This document shows, piece by piece, positions 11,503-20,264 of a stretch of 64,000 bases of DNA. The DNA lies in NCBI GenBank assembly GCA_039586795.1, contig JBDHJS010000014.1:42571-106570 (forward strand), written 5' to 3'. Position 1 is the stretch's first letter; each line of letters starts with the position of its first letter. Position numbers and translations under genes: made by a program. Source of the DNA: Gemmatimonadota bacterium (GTDB taxonomy: Bacteria; Gemmatimonadota; Gemmatimonadetes; Palauibacterales; KS3-K002). The notes beneath the pieces are model-generated. The model worked only from the letters and a program-made list of their open reading frames with translations. It ran no database searches and was not told the DNA's origin.

Positions 11503-11530
11503 TTGATCCGCCCTTTTGCGTAGCTATATT
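11503..11530 (+). promoter_or_regulatory. Divergent sigma70-type promoter for dcd
   Basis: TTGATC(11503-11508)-N16-TATATT(11525-11530), back-to-back with the nuo promoter. Confidence 0.45.
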
Positions 11531-11656
11531 CGTGCCACCCACCCAGTAGAACTCGGTAGGCGGTAAGTGGCAGTCGGTGGACGGTTTGCGGAAGGGCGGC
11601 ACCCTGCGCAGGACGGCCTCAGTGCACGCCGAATCAACCCCACATTCGGAGCCCAG

Positions 11657-12211
11657 ATGAGCATCAAAAGCGATCGTTGGATCCGGGAAATGGCCCGGGA
11701 GCAAGGGATGATCGAGCCCTACGAAGAGAAGCAGGTTCGCCAGGGAGTGATCTCCTACGGGGTGAGCTCCTACGGCTACGACATGAGAGTGGCGCCGCAT
11801 TTCCGCATCTTCACGAACGTCAACAGCGCGATCGTCGATCCCAAGGCGTTCGACGATCGTTCGTTCGTCGAGTACGAAGGCGATGTCTGCATCATCCCGC
11901 CCAACTCGTTCGCTCTGGCCACTTCGGTGGAGTACTTCCGCATCCCCCGAAAAGTGCTCACGATCTGTGTTGGAAAATCGACCTATGCGCGTTGCGGCAT
12001 CATCACGAACGTGACGCCGTTTGAGCCCGAGTGGGAAGGCCACGTGACGCTCGAGATCTCCAACACCACCCCACTACCCGCCAAGATCTACGCCAACGAA
12101 GGCATCTGCCAGGTGCTCTTCTTCGAATCCGATGAGACTTGCGAAGTCAGCTACGCCGACAAGAAGGGCAAATATCAGAAGCAAACTGGGGTGACGCTAC
12201 CAAAGCTGTAG
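11657..12211 (+). CDS. dcd: dCTP deaminase
   Basis: MSIKSDRWI..., [27 protein letters not shown] and KYQKQ motifs. Start reassigned to the ATG at 11657 (GGAG upstream). Confidence 0.96.
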   Translation: MSIKSDRWIREMAREQGMIEPYEEKQVRQGVISYGVSSYGYDMRVAPHFRIFTNVNSAIVDPKAFDDRSFVEYEGDVCIIPPNSFALATSVEYFRIPRKVLTICVGKSTYARCGIITNVTPFEPEWEGHVTLEISNTTPLPAKIYANEGICQVLFFESDETCEVSYADKKGKYQKQTGVTLPKL

Positions 12212-12314
12212 ATTCAGTGACCACGAGATTCAGGGGTCGGGGATTCTGGGAGTTCAACGTCGATCGCCTCAATCCCAAGACCCCCGAATCACGTAATCAC
12301 CGAATCACCGAATC
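12211..12314. repeat. Imperfect ~35-bp inverted repeat built of GATTC/GAATC 8-mer units, between convergent dcd and the M28 gene
   Basis: gattcagtgaccacgagattcaggggtcggggatt (12211-12245) matches the reverse complement of 12271-12306 (gattcggtgattacgtgattcgggggtcttgggatt). Confidence 0.7.
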
Positions 12315-13907
12315 CCGTCCCATCCTCGGCCGCTCCGCCGCTTTCGCCGCCCCAAGCCCTAAACGGAACGCGACCCGCGCTTGCTGCACGGCGCCCGCAA
12401 AATCGATCCCCGGCTCGCACTCATCGCTGGGCCGATGGTAGTCTCGCTCGTAATAGCCCTCCAGCATCTCTCGCCCCCAACCCGGCATGCGACCCACGTA
12501 GTCCAGCCCGTGCTGAACGAAGACGACGGGAACGCCTCGTCGCAGAAAGCTGAACGAATCCGAGTCGCCAAAGCTTCCCCGCTCCGGCATCTGATCGGGT
12601 TCCAGCCTGAGGTTCTCAGCTCGCGCCGCGGCGATCGCCGATCTGCCTAGCCCGGACTCGACCGCTCCCAGAGCAACGACATCGGCGGTGAGTCCCCAGA
12701 GATTGGCGCCATCGATATTGATCGCCGCCACCGTCTTCTCCAGCGGTACGAGAGGGTTCGCCACATAGTGCCTTGAGCCGAGGAACCCGGCTTCCTTGCC
12801 GGTTACGGCGAGGAAAAGGATCGAACGCGGCGGCGTCAGCGGCATGCGCGAAAACGCCTCCGCCACCGCCAGCAATGCAGCGACCCCGGACGCGTTGTCG
12901 TAGCACCCGTTGTAGATGGAGTCGGTTCCGACCGCGGGACCGATGCCCAAGTGATCGTAGTGCGCCAGGAAGACAACGAACTCGTCGGCGAGCTCCGGGT
13001 CGCTCCCCGGAAGTGTCCCAATCACATTATGGCTCACGGCAGGCTCCACACGATTGCTCACCTGCGCCGAGACGGCTAGCTCCAGTCGGACAGGCCGAAA
13101 GGTTTCGGAGCGTGCCGATTCGAGCAGCGTCTCGAAATCCAGGCCCGCCATGGCCACCACCTGTCGCGCGGTCCCCGGGGCCAGCCACCCCTCGAAACCC
13201 AACGCAGCCGAATCGCTCGAGTCGGGTGCGGGCCACAAGAGGGCCTCGCGATGACTACTGAGTAGAAGATCCCAACCATAGCGCGCATCTTCGGTGTGAA
13301 TGACAAGAACACCGACCGCGCCTCTCTGCGCCGCCTCTTCTAGCTTATGCCTCAGTAGACCCGCGTACGTCAGCGTGTCACCCCGAAAGCGGCCTGGCGG
13401 TTCTCCCGCAAGGAGCAGCAGCACTCTCCCGGCCACATCGTTATCCCGGTAGTCATCCCACCCGTCGGTGGGTGCCGAGATTCCGTACCCGACGAACACC
13501 AGGTCACCAACGACCCGGCGCTCTTCCACCGGTTCGGACGACCACGCGATGAACTCGCTCCCCGCGCCCGCGACGTAGGCCGCGCCACCCGACGCACGAA
13601 ACGAAAGGCTCACATCAGACAGAATGGATACCATGGGGACGGGCTGCAGGTAACCGGAGTCCCCCGCCGGCTCCAGCCCCACACCTTCGAATTGGCTCGC
13701 GATGTACGAAGCGGCCAGTTCGCCGCCCGCCGATCCCGCGCCCCGCCCCTCCATCAAGTCGCCGGCAAGAAAATACGTGTGAGCTTCGAGCGTTTCCGTC
13801 GTGATGCCGCTTAGCGGTTCCGATAGATCATCTCGCGCGCAATTGACGAGACCGAACGCCAGTAGCGCGATGAGCGCGCCCAACCGCCCAATCGCATGCC
13901 CCCCCAA
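12297..13907 (-). CDS. M28-family metallopeptidase-like lipoprotein with PA domain (start uncertain)
   Basis: Lipobox-like FGLVNC; MEGRGAGS, LVFVGYGI (PA domain), AHYDHLG, DNASG, INID and YHRPSD motifs. Confidence 0.85.
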   Translation of the reverse strand: MGGHAIGRLGALIALLAFGLVNCARDDLSEPLSGITTETLEAHTYFLAGDLMEGRGAGSAGGELAASYIASQFEGVGLEPAGDSGYLQPVPMVSILSDVSLSFRASGGAAYVAGAGSEFIAWSSEPVEERRVVGDLVFVGYGISAPTDGWDDYRDNDVAGRVLLLLAGEPPGRFRGDTLTYAGLLRHKLEEAAQRGAVGVLVIHTEDARYGWDLLLSSHREALLWPAPDSSDSAALGFEGWLAPGTARQVVAMAGLDFETLLESARSETFRPVRLELAVSAQVSNRVEPAVSHNVIGTLPGSDPELADEFVVFLAHYDHLGIGPAVGTDSIYNGCYDNASGVAALLAVAEAFSRMPLTPPRSILFLAVTGKEAGFLGSRHYVANPLVPLEKTVAAINIDGANLWGLTADVVALGAVESGLGRSAIAAARAENLRLEPDQMPERGSFGDSDSFSFLRRGVPVVFVQHGLDYVGRMPGWGREMLEGYYERDYHRPSDECEPGIDFAGAVQQARVAFRLGLGAAKAAERPRMGRDSVIR

Positions 13908-13911
13908 GCTC

Positions 13912-14526
13912 CTACGCGTCTGGATGGAGCTCCACCCCTTCTCCCGTAGCATCTTTGCTCTTCGCTCTCTCCACAAAGTAGCGTCGATCGCTCTCGTCGT
14001 ACTCGACAAGAATGATCAACGCGCCGTACGGCAGATCATCATCTCTCGTCTTGCACATCACCATGTGCAACGTCCCGTCCTCCTCCATCACCTGCGCCCG
14101 GCCCGCTGGATACTCCGGGCTGACCTCCCGACTAACGACACGACCCTCCCGTCCGGCCAGATCCGTCGCCCCCCAACCAACGGCTTTGATCTCCGGGAAC
14201 TGCCTTTCGAACAACTTACCCGCCGAACGCGTGAGCAAAGCCGCCACGAGCAGGGTGAACATCAGGCCCGGTAAGAATCCTCTCTCTTGTGATGCCGGGA
14301 AATAGTCGTGCAGCGCTCCGTTCACCGTAAGCCCCAGCACACCGACAACTACAGCAAAGACGCGAACCAGGAGCCGCCCCGCGACCTTATGCACGTCCAG
14401 AACACGGCCCAACCCATCGCCCAAACGGGATACGGGCCCCAGCGGCGTGAACGAGAGCACCCCCAGCACCAGGGCACCCACGTACGGCCAGTTGTACCAC
14501 TGGACAAGAAAGGCGAGGTAGCTCAT
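13912..14526 (-). CDS. YqiJ/NfeD-like membrane protein (TM helices + C-terminal OB fold)
   Basis: Three hydrophobic segments followed by DLAGREGRVV..GRAQV..DGTLH..LPYGALIILVEYD, a typical NfeD/YqiJ OB-fold pattern. Confidence 0.65.
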   Translation of the reverse strand: MSYLAFLVQWYNWPYVGALVLGVLSFTPLGPVSRLGDGLGRVLDVHKVAGRLLVRVFAVVVGVLGLTVNGALHDYFPASQERGFLPGLMFTLLVAALLTRSAGKLFERQFPEIKAVGWGATDLAGREGRVVSREVSPEYPAGRAQVMEEDGTLHMVMCKTRDDDLPYGALIILVEYDESDRRYFVERAKSKDATGEGVELHPDA

Positions 14527-14676
14527 GTCGGAACTTCGACTTGCGCTACCTCGACCCAGGATGAGAAAATCAATCTAAGCACTATATTTTACAACACTTT
14601 GCAGGTATCGCCTAAAGACGTACCTCACCGTCGGCCGCTCCTCGGCTACGCGGTCCGGATCCTTCTGAAATGAAAT

Positions 14677-14697
14677 GGGGCACGAAGTCCGTGCCCC
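14677..14697 (-). terminator. Putative intrinsic terminator after mdh
   Basis: GGGGCACG-N5-CGTGCCCC 8-bp stem, followed on the minus strand by ATTTCATTTC. Confidence 0.5.
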
Positions 14698-14706
14698 TGT
14701 CCAGCT

Positions 14707-15639
14707 CTATAGCGTCTTGAGACGCTCCATCGTGCTCTTGACGTGTTCAGCCGATGTCTCGAGGGCCTTCTGCTCGTCACCGGTCAGCTCGACCTCCACG
14801 ATCTCCTCAACGCCACTCCTGCCCAGCTTACACGGAACGCCAAGGTACGTGTCGCTGATTCCGAACTGGCCCTCCATCCAGGCGCAGCATGGCAGAATGC
14901 GTTTCTTGTCGAGAACGATCGCCTCGACCATCTGTGCCACTCCCGCCGAGGGCGCGTAATAGGCGCTGCCTTCCTTCAGATACGACACGATCTCGGCTCC
15001 GCCCTTCCGCGTCCTGTCGATCATCGCATCGATCTCGTCCTGCGGCAGGAACTGTGACAACGGCACGCCAGCGATCGTCGTGTAGCGCTCCAGCGGCACC
15101 ATCGTGTCGCCGTGGCCGCCGAGGACCAGGGCCTGAATGTCTTCGACGCTAACACCCAGCCGCTCCGCGATGAACATCCGATAACGGGCCGTATCCAGAA
15201 CGCCCGCCATGCCAAAGACTCGACTGGGCTTGAAGCCGGTCGCTTCCTTCGCGACGTACGTCATCACGTCGAGGGGGTTGGACACGACGATGACGATCGC
15301 GTTCGGGCTCGTCGCTTTCACCTGCTCTGACACGCTGCGTACGATCCCCGCGTTCGTCGACAGCAGATCGTCTCGGCTCATGCCCGGCTTACGCGGAATC
15401 CCCGCTGTAATTACGACTATGTCGCTGTTCGCCGTCTCGTCGTACCCATTCACCCCGACGACCCGCGTGTCGTACCCCATGACCGGGCCCGACTGATAGA
15501 GATCGAGAGCCTTCCCTTGAGGGATACCTTCGAGGATGTCAACGAGTACGACTTCGCGGGCAAGCTGCATCTCCGCCAAGCGGTGAGTCTGTGTCGCGCC
15601 GACATGCCCCGCACCGACAACCGTGATTCGCTCAACCAT
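14707..15639 (-). CDS. mdh: Malate dehydrogenase (LDH-like)
   Basis: [28 protein letters not shown] and GGHGDTMVP motifs. Start placed at MVERITVV (15639). Confidence 0.97.
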   Translation of the reverse strand: MVERITVVGAGHVGATQTHRLAEMQLAREVVLVDILEGIPQGKALDLYQSGPVMGYDTRVVGVNGYDETANSDIVVITAGIPRKPGMSRDDLLSTNAGIVRSVSEQVKATSPNAIVIVVSNPLDVMTYVAKEATGFKPSRVFGMAGVLDTARYRMFIAERLGVSVEDIQALVLGGHGDTMVPLERYTTIAGVPLSQFLPQDEIDAMIDRTRKGGAEIVSYLKEGSAYYAPSAGVAQMVEAIVLDKKRILPCCAWMEGQFGISDTYLGVPCKLGRSGVEEIVEVELTGDEQKALETSAEHVKSTMERLKTL

Positions 15640-15780
15640 ACGATATTCCCGCTCCCCCGCATCTCCGGCACGACCCTTCGGCGCACGAGCACCCCGGCGA
15701 AAAGAAACGCTGGCCACCGGCCGGACGGCTGCGGGTCTATTGTGATGGGGCTAGATGAGCTGATTTGGGCCAACGCGAGG

Positions 15781-15809
15781 ATTCTACTGCGTTGACTATG
15801 AAGCGGCAA
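15781..15809 (-). promoter_or_regulatory. Sigma70-type promoter upstream of mdh
   Basis: Minus strand TTGCCG-N17-TAGAAT. Confidence 0.55.
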
Positions 15810-15832
15810 GCTCTTAACGCCGTTAAAGAAGA

Positions 15833-15915
15833 GTCGACGGTAGACGGTTAGTGGTGTCAACCACAGTCTACTCGTCTACTGTCCACCGTCCACTGTCTAC
15901 CGTCCACCGTCCACC
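15833..15915. repeat. Heptamer (GTCYAC+N) tandem repeat with inverted partner units, overlapping the moaE 3' end
   Basis: gtctact-cgtctac-tgtccac-cgtccac-tgtctac-cgtccac-cgtccac, preceded by the inverted units gtcgacg-gtagacg. Confidence 0.8.
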
Positions 15916-16328
15916 GGATACCCCTCCTGCCACTCTTCCTTCCCATCCCGATACCGCTCCCGCTTCCAGATCGGGACTTCGCGCTTCAGTCGTTCGATGA
16001 TCTCACGCGAGGCCTCGTACGCGGCATCGCGATGAGCGGCCGCCACGGCGATCGCGACGCTCACATCACCTATCTCGAGATCTCCGACCCTGTGCACGGC
16101 GGCGATATCCGTCACATCGCACTGAGAGGCGACCTCTTCGCAGATCGAGCGCAGTTTGGACAGCGCCATATCGCCGTACGCCTCGTAATGCAGGCTCTCC
16201 ACGTCACGCCCTTCGTGGTGGTCCCTCACGACGCCGCTGAACGTCAGCACTGCGCCATCCGCGTTCGTCCTCACCCGACGTTCGAGAGCGGCCACATCGA
16301 TAGGCTGGTTGACGATCTCGCAGTACAT
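15897..16328 (-). CDS. moaE: Molybdopterin synthase catalytic subunit
   Basis: GAVLTFSGVVR, LHYEAY, HRVGDL and LKREVPIWKRE motifs. Confidence 0.96.
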   Translation of the reverse strand: MYCEIVNQPIDVAALERRVRTNADGAVLTFSGVVRDHHEGRDVESLHYEAYGDMALSKLRSICEEVASQCDVTDIAAVHRVGDLEIGDVSVAIAVAAAHRDAAYEASREIIERLKREVPIWKRERYRDGKEEWQEGYPVDGGR

Positions 16329-16333
16329 GCGGT

Positions 16334-16576
16334 TCAGCCTCCGGCAACCGGTGGTATGAGCGCCACCTCGTCGCCGTCTTGAAGCGTCGTGTTGTTTAGC
16401 ACGTATTCCTGGTTCACCGCGACCGCCACATTGGCTGGAACCGAATCAGCGCCTAATCGGTCACCGATCGCCTCGATCAACTGCGCGACTGTCGCGCCAT
16501 CGGGTAGCTCGAACTCGGCCTGGTCCGTTCCGGCAAAGTCACGGAAGACGGCAAAGAAGAGGACTGTCACTCGCAC
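16334..16576 (-). CDS. moaD: Molybdopterin synthase sulfur-carrier subunit
   Basis: Ubiquitin-like fold, VLFFA..., C-terminal LIPPVAGG; adjacent to moaE. Confidence 0.95.
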   Translation of the reverse strand: MRVTVLFFAVFRDFAGTDQAEFELPDGATVAQLIEAIGDRLGADSVPANVAVAVNQEYVLNNTTLQDGDEVALIPPVAGG

Positions 16577-16654
16577 CGGAGACTCCAGCTGGGAATTACG
16601 GATACACTACTCCCGCGAACGGGGGTAATGCTACCCATAAGATGATGTCGCGTC

Positions 16655-16927
16655 TCAGACCCCCGACGCCGGCGACTCTGTCGCGAGCATCAAGAGGAAT
16701 TTGCCTATGGAGGGGTGGTAGCGGAGTGTCGAGCAGCGAACTCGCGTCTGCTCGCCATCTCGCGCGGCGTGTACCGCGAGGTGCCCACGGAAGGTCTCGA
16801 ACCTGACGAAGCCTTCACCCTCTTCGACCAGCGAGCCCGAGTACCCCGAGCTCGCCTCCGTGAAGTAGTTTTTCGCCAGGCCGACAACTTCATCTGGTGA
16901 CAGGGAAACCAGAGTCTCTCTTGTCAT
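16655..16927 (-). CDS. Hypothetical protein (90 aa)
   Basis: Good SD (AGAAGGA) before the ATG; fills the gap between HU and moaD. Confidence 0.7.
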   Translation of the reverse strand: MTRETLVSLSPDEVVGLAKNYFTEASSGYSGSLVEEGEGFVRFETFRGHLAVHAARDGEQTRVRCSTLRYHPSIGKFLLMLATESPASGV

Positions 16928-16990
16928 TCCTTCTACCTTCTCGAGCGGCTATCCGGCGCTTGACCGGAAAGCGGGGGAAAAGATCGAGAC

Positions 16991-17302
16991 CTACCCGTGG
17001 TAACTCTCTACCGGAATCTCCTCGCCGGCAACCTGCGCCCTGAAGTTCTTCGAGGGCTTGAAGACTGGCACGGCGCGCGCCTCTACACGAACCGGCTCTC
17101 CGGTTCGAGGGTTCCGAGCTACTCGCGCTCTCCGGTTGCGCACCTTGAAGGTACCGAACCCACGAATTTCGATGTGGTTTCCTTCGGCAAGCGCCTGCCG
17201 GATGGCGTTCAGAAAGCCATCCACTACGGCGGCACAATCCTTCTTGGTGATACCGGGCCCGATCGCCTGTGCAACCTGTTCGACCAAATCGGCCTTGGTC
17301 AT
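16991..17302 (-). CDS. HU/IHF-family histone-like DNA-binding protein
   Basis: MTKADLV, IRGFGTF, ARNPRTGE and PVFKPS motifs. Confidence 0.96.
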   Translation of the reverse strand: MTKADLVEQVAQAIGPGITKKDCAAVVDGFLNAIRQALAEGNHIEIRGFGTFKVRNRRARVARNPRTGEPVRVEARAVPVFKPSKNFRAQVAGEEIPVESYHG

Positions 17303-17364
17303 CCCATCCTCCGAGATTCGCTAGACTGAAAAGCCCGCTGTTGAAAAAACGGTGGCAACGCTCT

Positions 17365-18312
17365 TTAGCGATGCCGCAGCAGATACATCAACCGCGGTCC
17401 CGGATCCAACCCGCCTTCAGCAAGCATGTCCATCAGGGGCTCCGCGGCGTCGCCCCCGCCCGCTATCCAGCGCACTGCTGAGGTCATCAAATCCCACCAC
17501 GTCACACGGCGTCTTTCCTCCCGGATTACTGTTCGCGGCTCCGGCCCTAATCCCGCCATGTTTCCAGCTATCGCGATGGCATCGACCAAATCACCTTCTC
17601 CATCTATCAGACCGTACTCGCGCGCGAGTCGACCTGTAAGCACCCGACCATCCGCTATGGTGAGAACGGAGTCCCTCGACATTTCCCGCTCACTCTGGAT
17701 CACCGTCACGAATTGGTCGTACACATCATCTACGACCTCTTGAAGCAGTCCGAGCTCCGTCTCCGTGATCTCCCGGTACGGCGAACCGATGTCCTTGTGC
17801 TCGGAGCTCTTCACCACTTCGAAACTCAGCCCAACCTTGTCGAGCAACTCCTCGTAGTTCGGGAACTCCATGATCACACCGATCGAGCCGACCAGCGAAC
17901 CCGGCATCGCGAGAATCGTGTCCGCTCCCAACGACGCGTAGTACGCTCCCGAAGCTCCGACCGCACCGATCGCCGCCACGACCGGCTTCCCTTCCTCCCT
18001 CAATTCCGCGAGCTCCCGGTACAGCATCTGCGAGGCCGCGACCTCTCCGCCCGGCGAGTTCACCCACAGCACAAAACCCTTCACCGAGGCGTCCTTCTGA
18101 TACTCCCTCAGCTCACGCAGCGCCCGATTTCCCTCAGTGATCACGCCCCTGAGCGGCAGTATCGCTATTCGGTCCCGGGCGAGGACCGTGACCCCGCCTC
18201 CCGGTACGGCGGTGTAGACAACCAGGATCAGCCCTGCGGTGAACAGCGTTATGACGCCTGCCACCACCAGGACAACCCACCAACCACGGAAACTTTGTTT
18301 CCTAGCTTCCAT
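17365..18312 (-). CDS. sppA: Signal peptide peptidase SppA (36K type, S49)
   Basis: N-terminal TM; VNSPGG, GASGAYY, GSIGVI and DGRVLTG motifs. Confidence 0.93.
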   Translation of the reverse strand: MEARKQSFRGWWVVLVVAGVITLFTAGLILVVYTAVPGGGVTVLARDRIAILPLRGVITEGNRALRELREYQKDASVKGFVLWVNSPGGEVAASQMLYRELAELREEGKPVVAAIGAVGASGAYYASLGADTILAMPGSLVGSIGVIMEFPNYEELLDKVGLSFEVVKSSEHKDIGSPYREITETELGLLQEVVDDVYDQFVTVIQSEREMSRDSVLTIADGRVLTGRLAREYGLIDGEGDLVDAIAIAGNMAGLGPEPRTVIREERRRVTWWDLMTSAVRWIAGGGDAAEPLMDMLAEGGLDPGPRLMYLLRHR

Positions 18313-18379
18313 TTACCAGAGGACAGGCACTCCGATGTGCCTTCAAGGGATTAAATAACGGGGAGGAGTTGGGGGGCCT

Positions 18380-18408
18380 AAGTTAAGTAATCAGAACAAG
18401 TAAGTCAA
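18380..18408 (-). promoter_or_regulatory. Possible sigma70 promoter for sppA-HU
   Basis: Minus strand TTGACT-N17-TAACTT in an AT-rich spacer. Confidence 0.45.
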
Positions 18409-19550
18409 GTCGAGCCTCTCCGCTTCGCCATCAGACCGACGAATTCATCAAACAGGTAGCGACTGTCGTGCGGTCCCGGCGCCGATTCCGGGTGATACTG
18501 AACCGCCAGCACCGGAAGTTCCTGATGGCGAACACCTTCCAGAGTTCCGTCGTTCAAATTGACGTGAGTGGCGACCAGGTCGGGGGCTCCGGGGATCTCG
18601 ACGCCCTCCGCCTGGACGGCAAACCCGTGATTCTGGGACGTTATCTCGATCCGACCGCTTGCCAGGTTGATCACCGGATGGTTCCCACCTCGGTGTCCGT
18701 AAAGGAGTTTGAAGGTTCGGGCTCCGAATCCGCGTGAGATGAGCTGGTGACCCAAGCAGATGCCGAAAACGGGAATCTCGCTCACGGCCAACGTCCGTAC
18801 CAGATCGTCCACGCCGGGAACCGCCGCCGGATCTCCCGGGCCGTTAGACAGGAAGATTCCATCCGGTTCATTGGCCAAAACCTCGTTGGCCAACGTGGTC
18901 GACGGATACACCGTCAGATCGCACCCGAGGCCCGCCAGCAGATCGAGACTTCGTCGCTTCACCCCGAAGTCGTACACACCAACTGCGAACCTCCGTTCGC
19001 CTTTCGGCGACACCGAGTAGGGTTCGGATGTGGTCACGACGTTCGTAAGGTCGAGGCCTGCCATCGACGGGTGTTTGAGCACGCGTTCGAGTATCTCGCT
19101 CTCACCCAGTTCCGCCGGACCGATCGCTGCGCGCATGGCGCCTTCCGACCGAATGTGACGTGTCAGCTTCCGCGTATCGACGCCTTCGATACAGGCGATC
19201 CCGTGGCGTTTCAGATATTCGATGAGGCTCGATTCGGCTCGCCAGTTGCTGAAGCTCGGACTCAACTCCCTGACGACGAGGCCCGCCACCCATGGACGCG
19301 TCGCCTCGTCGTCCAGCGGCGTGACGCCGTAGTTCCCGATCTGCGGAGCGGTCATCGTGACGATCTGCCCGGCGTAGGACGGGTCGGTGAGGATCTCTTG
19401 ATAGCCCGCCATGCTGGTATTGAACACGACCTCACCCGGGGCAACGTCATCATCTTTGCCGGCGAGATAGCCGTGAAAGGCCGTACCGTCCTCGAGGACC
19501 AACAACCCGCGTCGCTTCGTGAAGCGGGAGGCGTTAGCTTCTGGCGTCAT
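18405..19550 (-). CDS. carA: Carbamoyl-phosphate synthase small subunit
   Basis: GEVVFNTSMAGYQEILTDPSY, SNGPGDP, GICLGHQ and QYHPES motifs; GGGAG SD before the ATG at 19550. Confidence 0.97.
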   Translation of the reverse strand: MTPEANASRFTKRRGLLVLEDGTAFHGYLAGKDDDVAPGEVVFNTSMAGYQEILTDPSYAGQIVTMTAPQIGNYGVTPLDDEATRPWVAGLVVRELSPSFSNWRAESSLIEYLKRHGIACIEGVDTRKLTRHIRSEGAMRAAIGPAELGESEILERVLKHPSMAGLDLTNVVTTSEPYSVSPKGERRFAVGVYDFGVKRRSLDLLAGLGCDLTVYPSTTLANEVLANEPDGIFLSNGPGDPAAVPGVDDLVRTLAVSEIPVFGICLGHQLISRGFGARTFKLLYGHRGGNHPVINLASGRIEITSQNHGFAVQAEGVEIPGAPDLVATHVNLNDGTLEGVRHQELPVLAVQYHPESAPGPHDSRYLFDEFVGLMAKRRGST

Positions 19551-20172
19551 GAAGACTCCCGAATTCAACGGTCTCGTCTACGTTCATGCGGACGAATCGT
19601 GCTTGGGCAATCAGTTCAGCGACCGCGCGACACCCGGCGCCGCCGCCGGCTTGCTCGAGGTCTTCGACGAGCGCCGCGGCTGGACACGCCGCGACTACTA
19701 CGTCTCCGAGCCCGACACCACCAACAATCGAATGGCGATTCGCAGCGCCATCGAGGCTTTCTCGAACTTGAAGACGCGCTGCAAGGTCGCCTTCCATTCC
19801 GACAGCAGCTACCTCATCAACGGCATGAAGGACTGGATCCACTCGTGGGCCAAGCGCGGCTGGAAGCGCAAAGCTGGCCCGATCGAGAACCTCGAGCTCT
19901 GGATCCGCCTCTGCAACGTAATCGGCGACCGCTACGAGGTCGACTGGCGCTGGGTCAGAGGTCATGCCGGCCATCCCAAGAACGAGTACGCGAACAAGCT
20001 CGCCGTAGAGGCCGCCCGCAGCCAAAAGAACTCCCGCGGCCTGATCGACTCCGGTTTCGACGAATGGATTGCCTCGGAGCAGGAGAAGGAACGGTATATG
20101 GAGTTCCTGGATATGCCGCCCGAAGAACCGTTCGTTCCAGCGCGGCCTCCGCCATCGACCCCCCTGCTCTAG
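19549..20172 (+). CDS. rnhA: Ribonuclease HI (atypical active site)
   Basis: ADESCLGN, TTNNRM, SDSSY, W..RGWK, NLELW and WVRGHAGHPKNE motifs match the RNase HI layout. Confidence 0.9.
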   Translation: MKTPEFNGLVYVHADESCLGNQFSDRATPGAAAGLLEVFDERRGWTRRDYYVSEPDTTNNRMAIRSAIEAFSNLKTRCKVAFHSDSSYLINGMKDWIHSWAKRGWKRKAGPIENLELWIRLCNVIGDRYEVDWRWVRGHAGHPKNEYANKLAVEAARSQKNSRGLIDSGFDEWIASEQEKERYMEFLDMPPEEPFVPARPPPSTPLL

Positions 20173-20201
20173 GGAACATTGAACAAGTTCAAGGTTCACC
20201 T
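20171..20201. repeat. Short hairpin of GAACATT-type units after rnhA
   Basis: agggaacattgaac-aa-gttcaaggttcacct; same unit as the repeat at 41721-41860. Confidence 0.55.
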
Positions 20202-20228
20202 GCCCCACAAAGAACCCAGCACGGCCTC

Positions 20229-20258
20229 AAAAAAAAAGGCCCGGCATAGCCGGGCCTT
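20229..20258 (-). terminator. Intrinsic terminator of gap-pgk-tpiA-secG
   Basis: AAGGCCCGGC-ATA-GCCGGGCCTT stem followed by a poly-T tract on the minus strand, just after the secG stop. Confidence 0.9.
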
Positions 20259-20264
20259 CTAGAC

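Noticed and set aside
11567..11656. N-terminal extensions in the ORF track (dcd; also mdh, tpiA, gmk, tsaC and lysC)
   Set aside because: Conserved family N-termini and SD or stop-start overlaps point to later starts.
14575..14605. AT-rich imperfect palindrome (aagcactatattttacaacactt) as an att or IHF site
   Set aside because: Single weak match, no integrase nearby and no second copy; cannot be supported.
20200..20264. tRNA-Leu often found after secG
   Set aside because: Only a terminator hairpin is present; no cloverleaf or T-loop motif.
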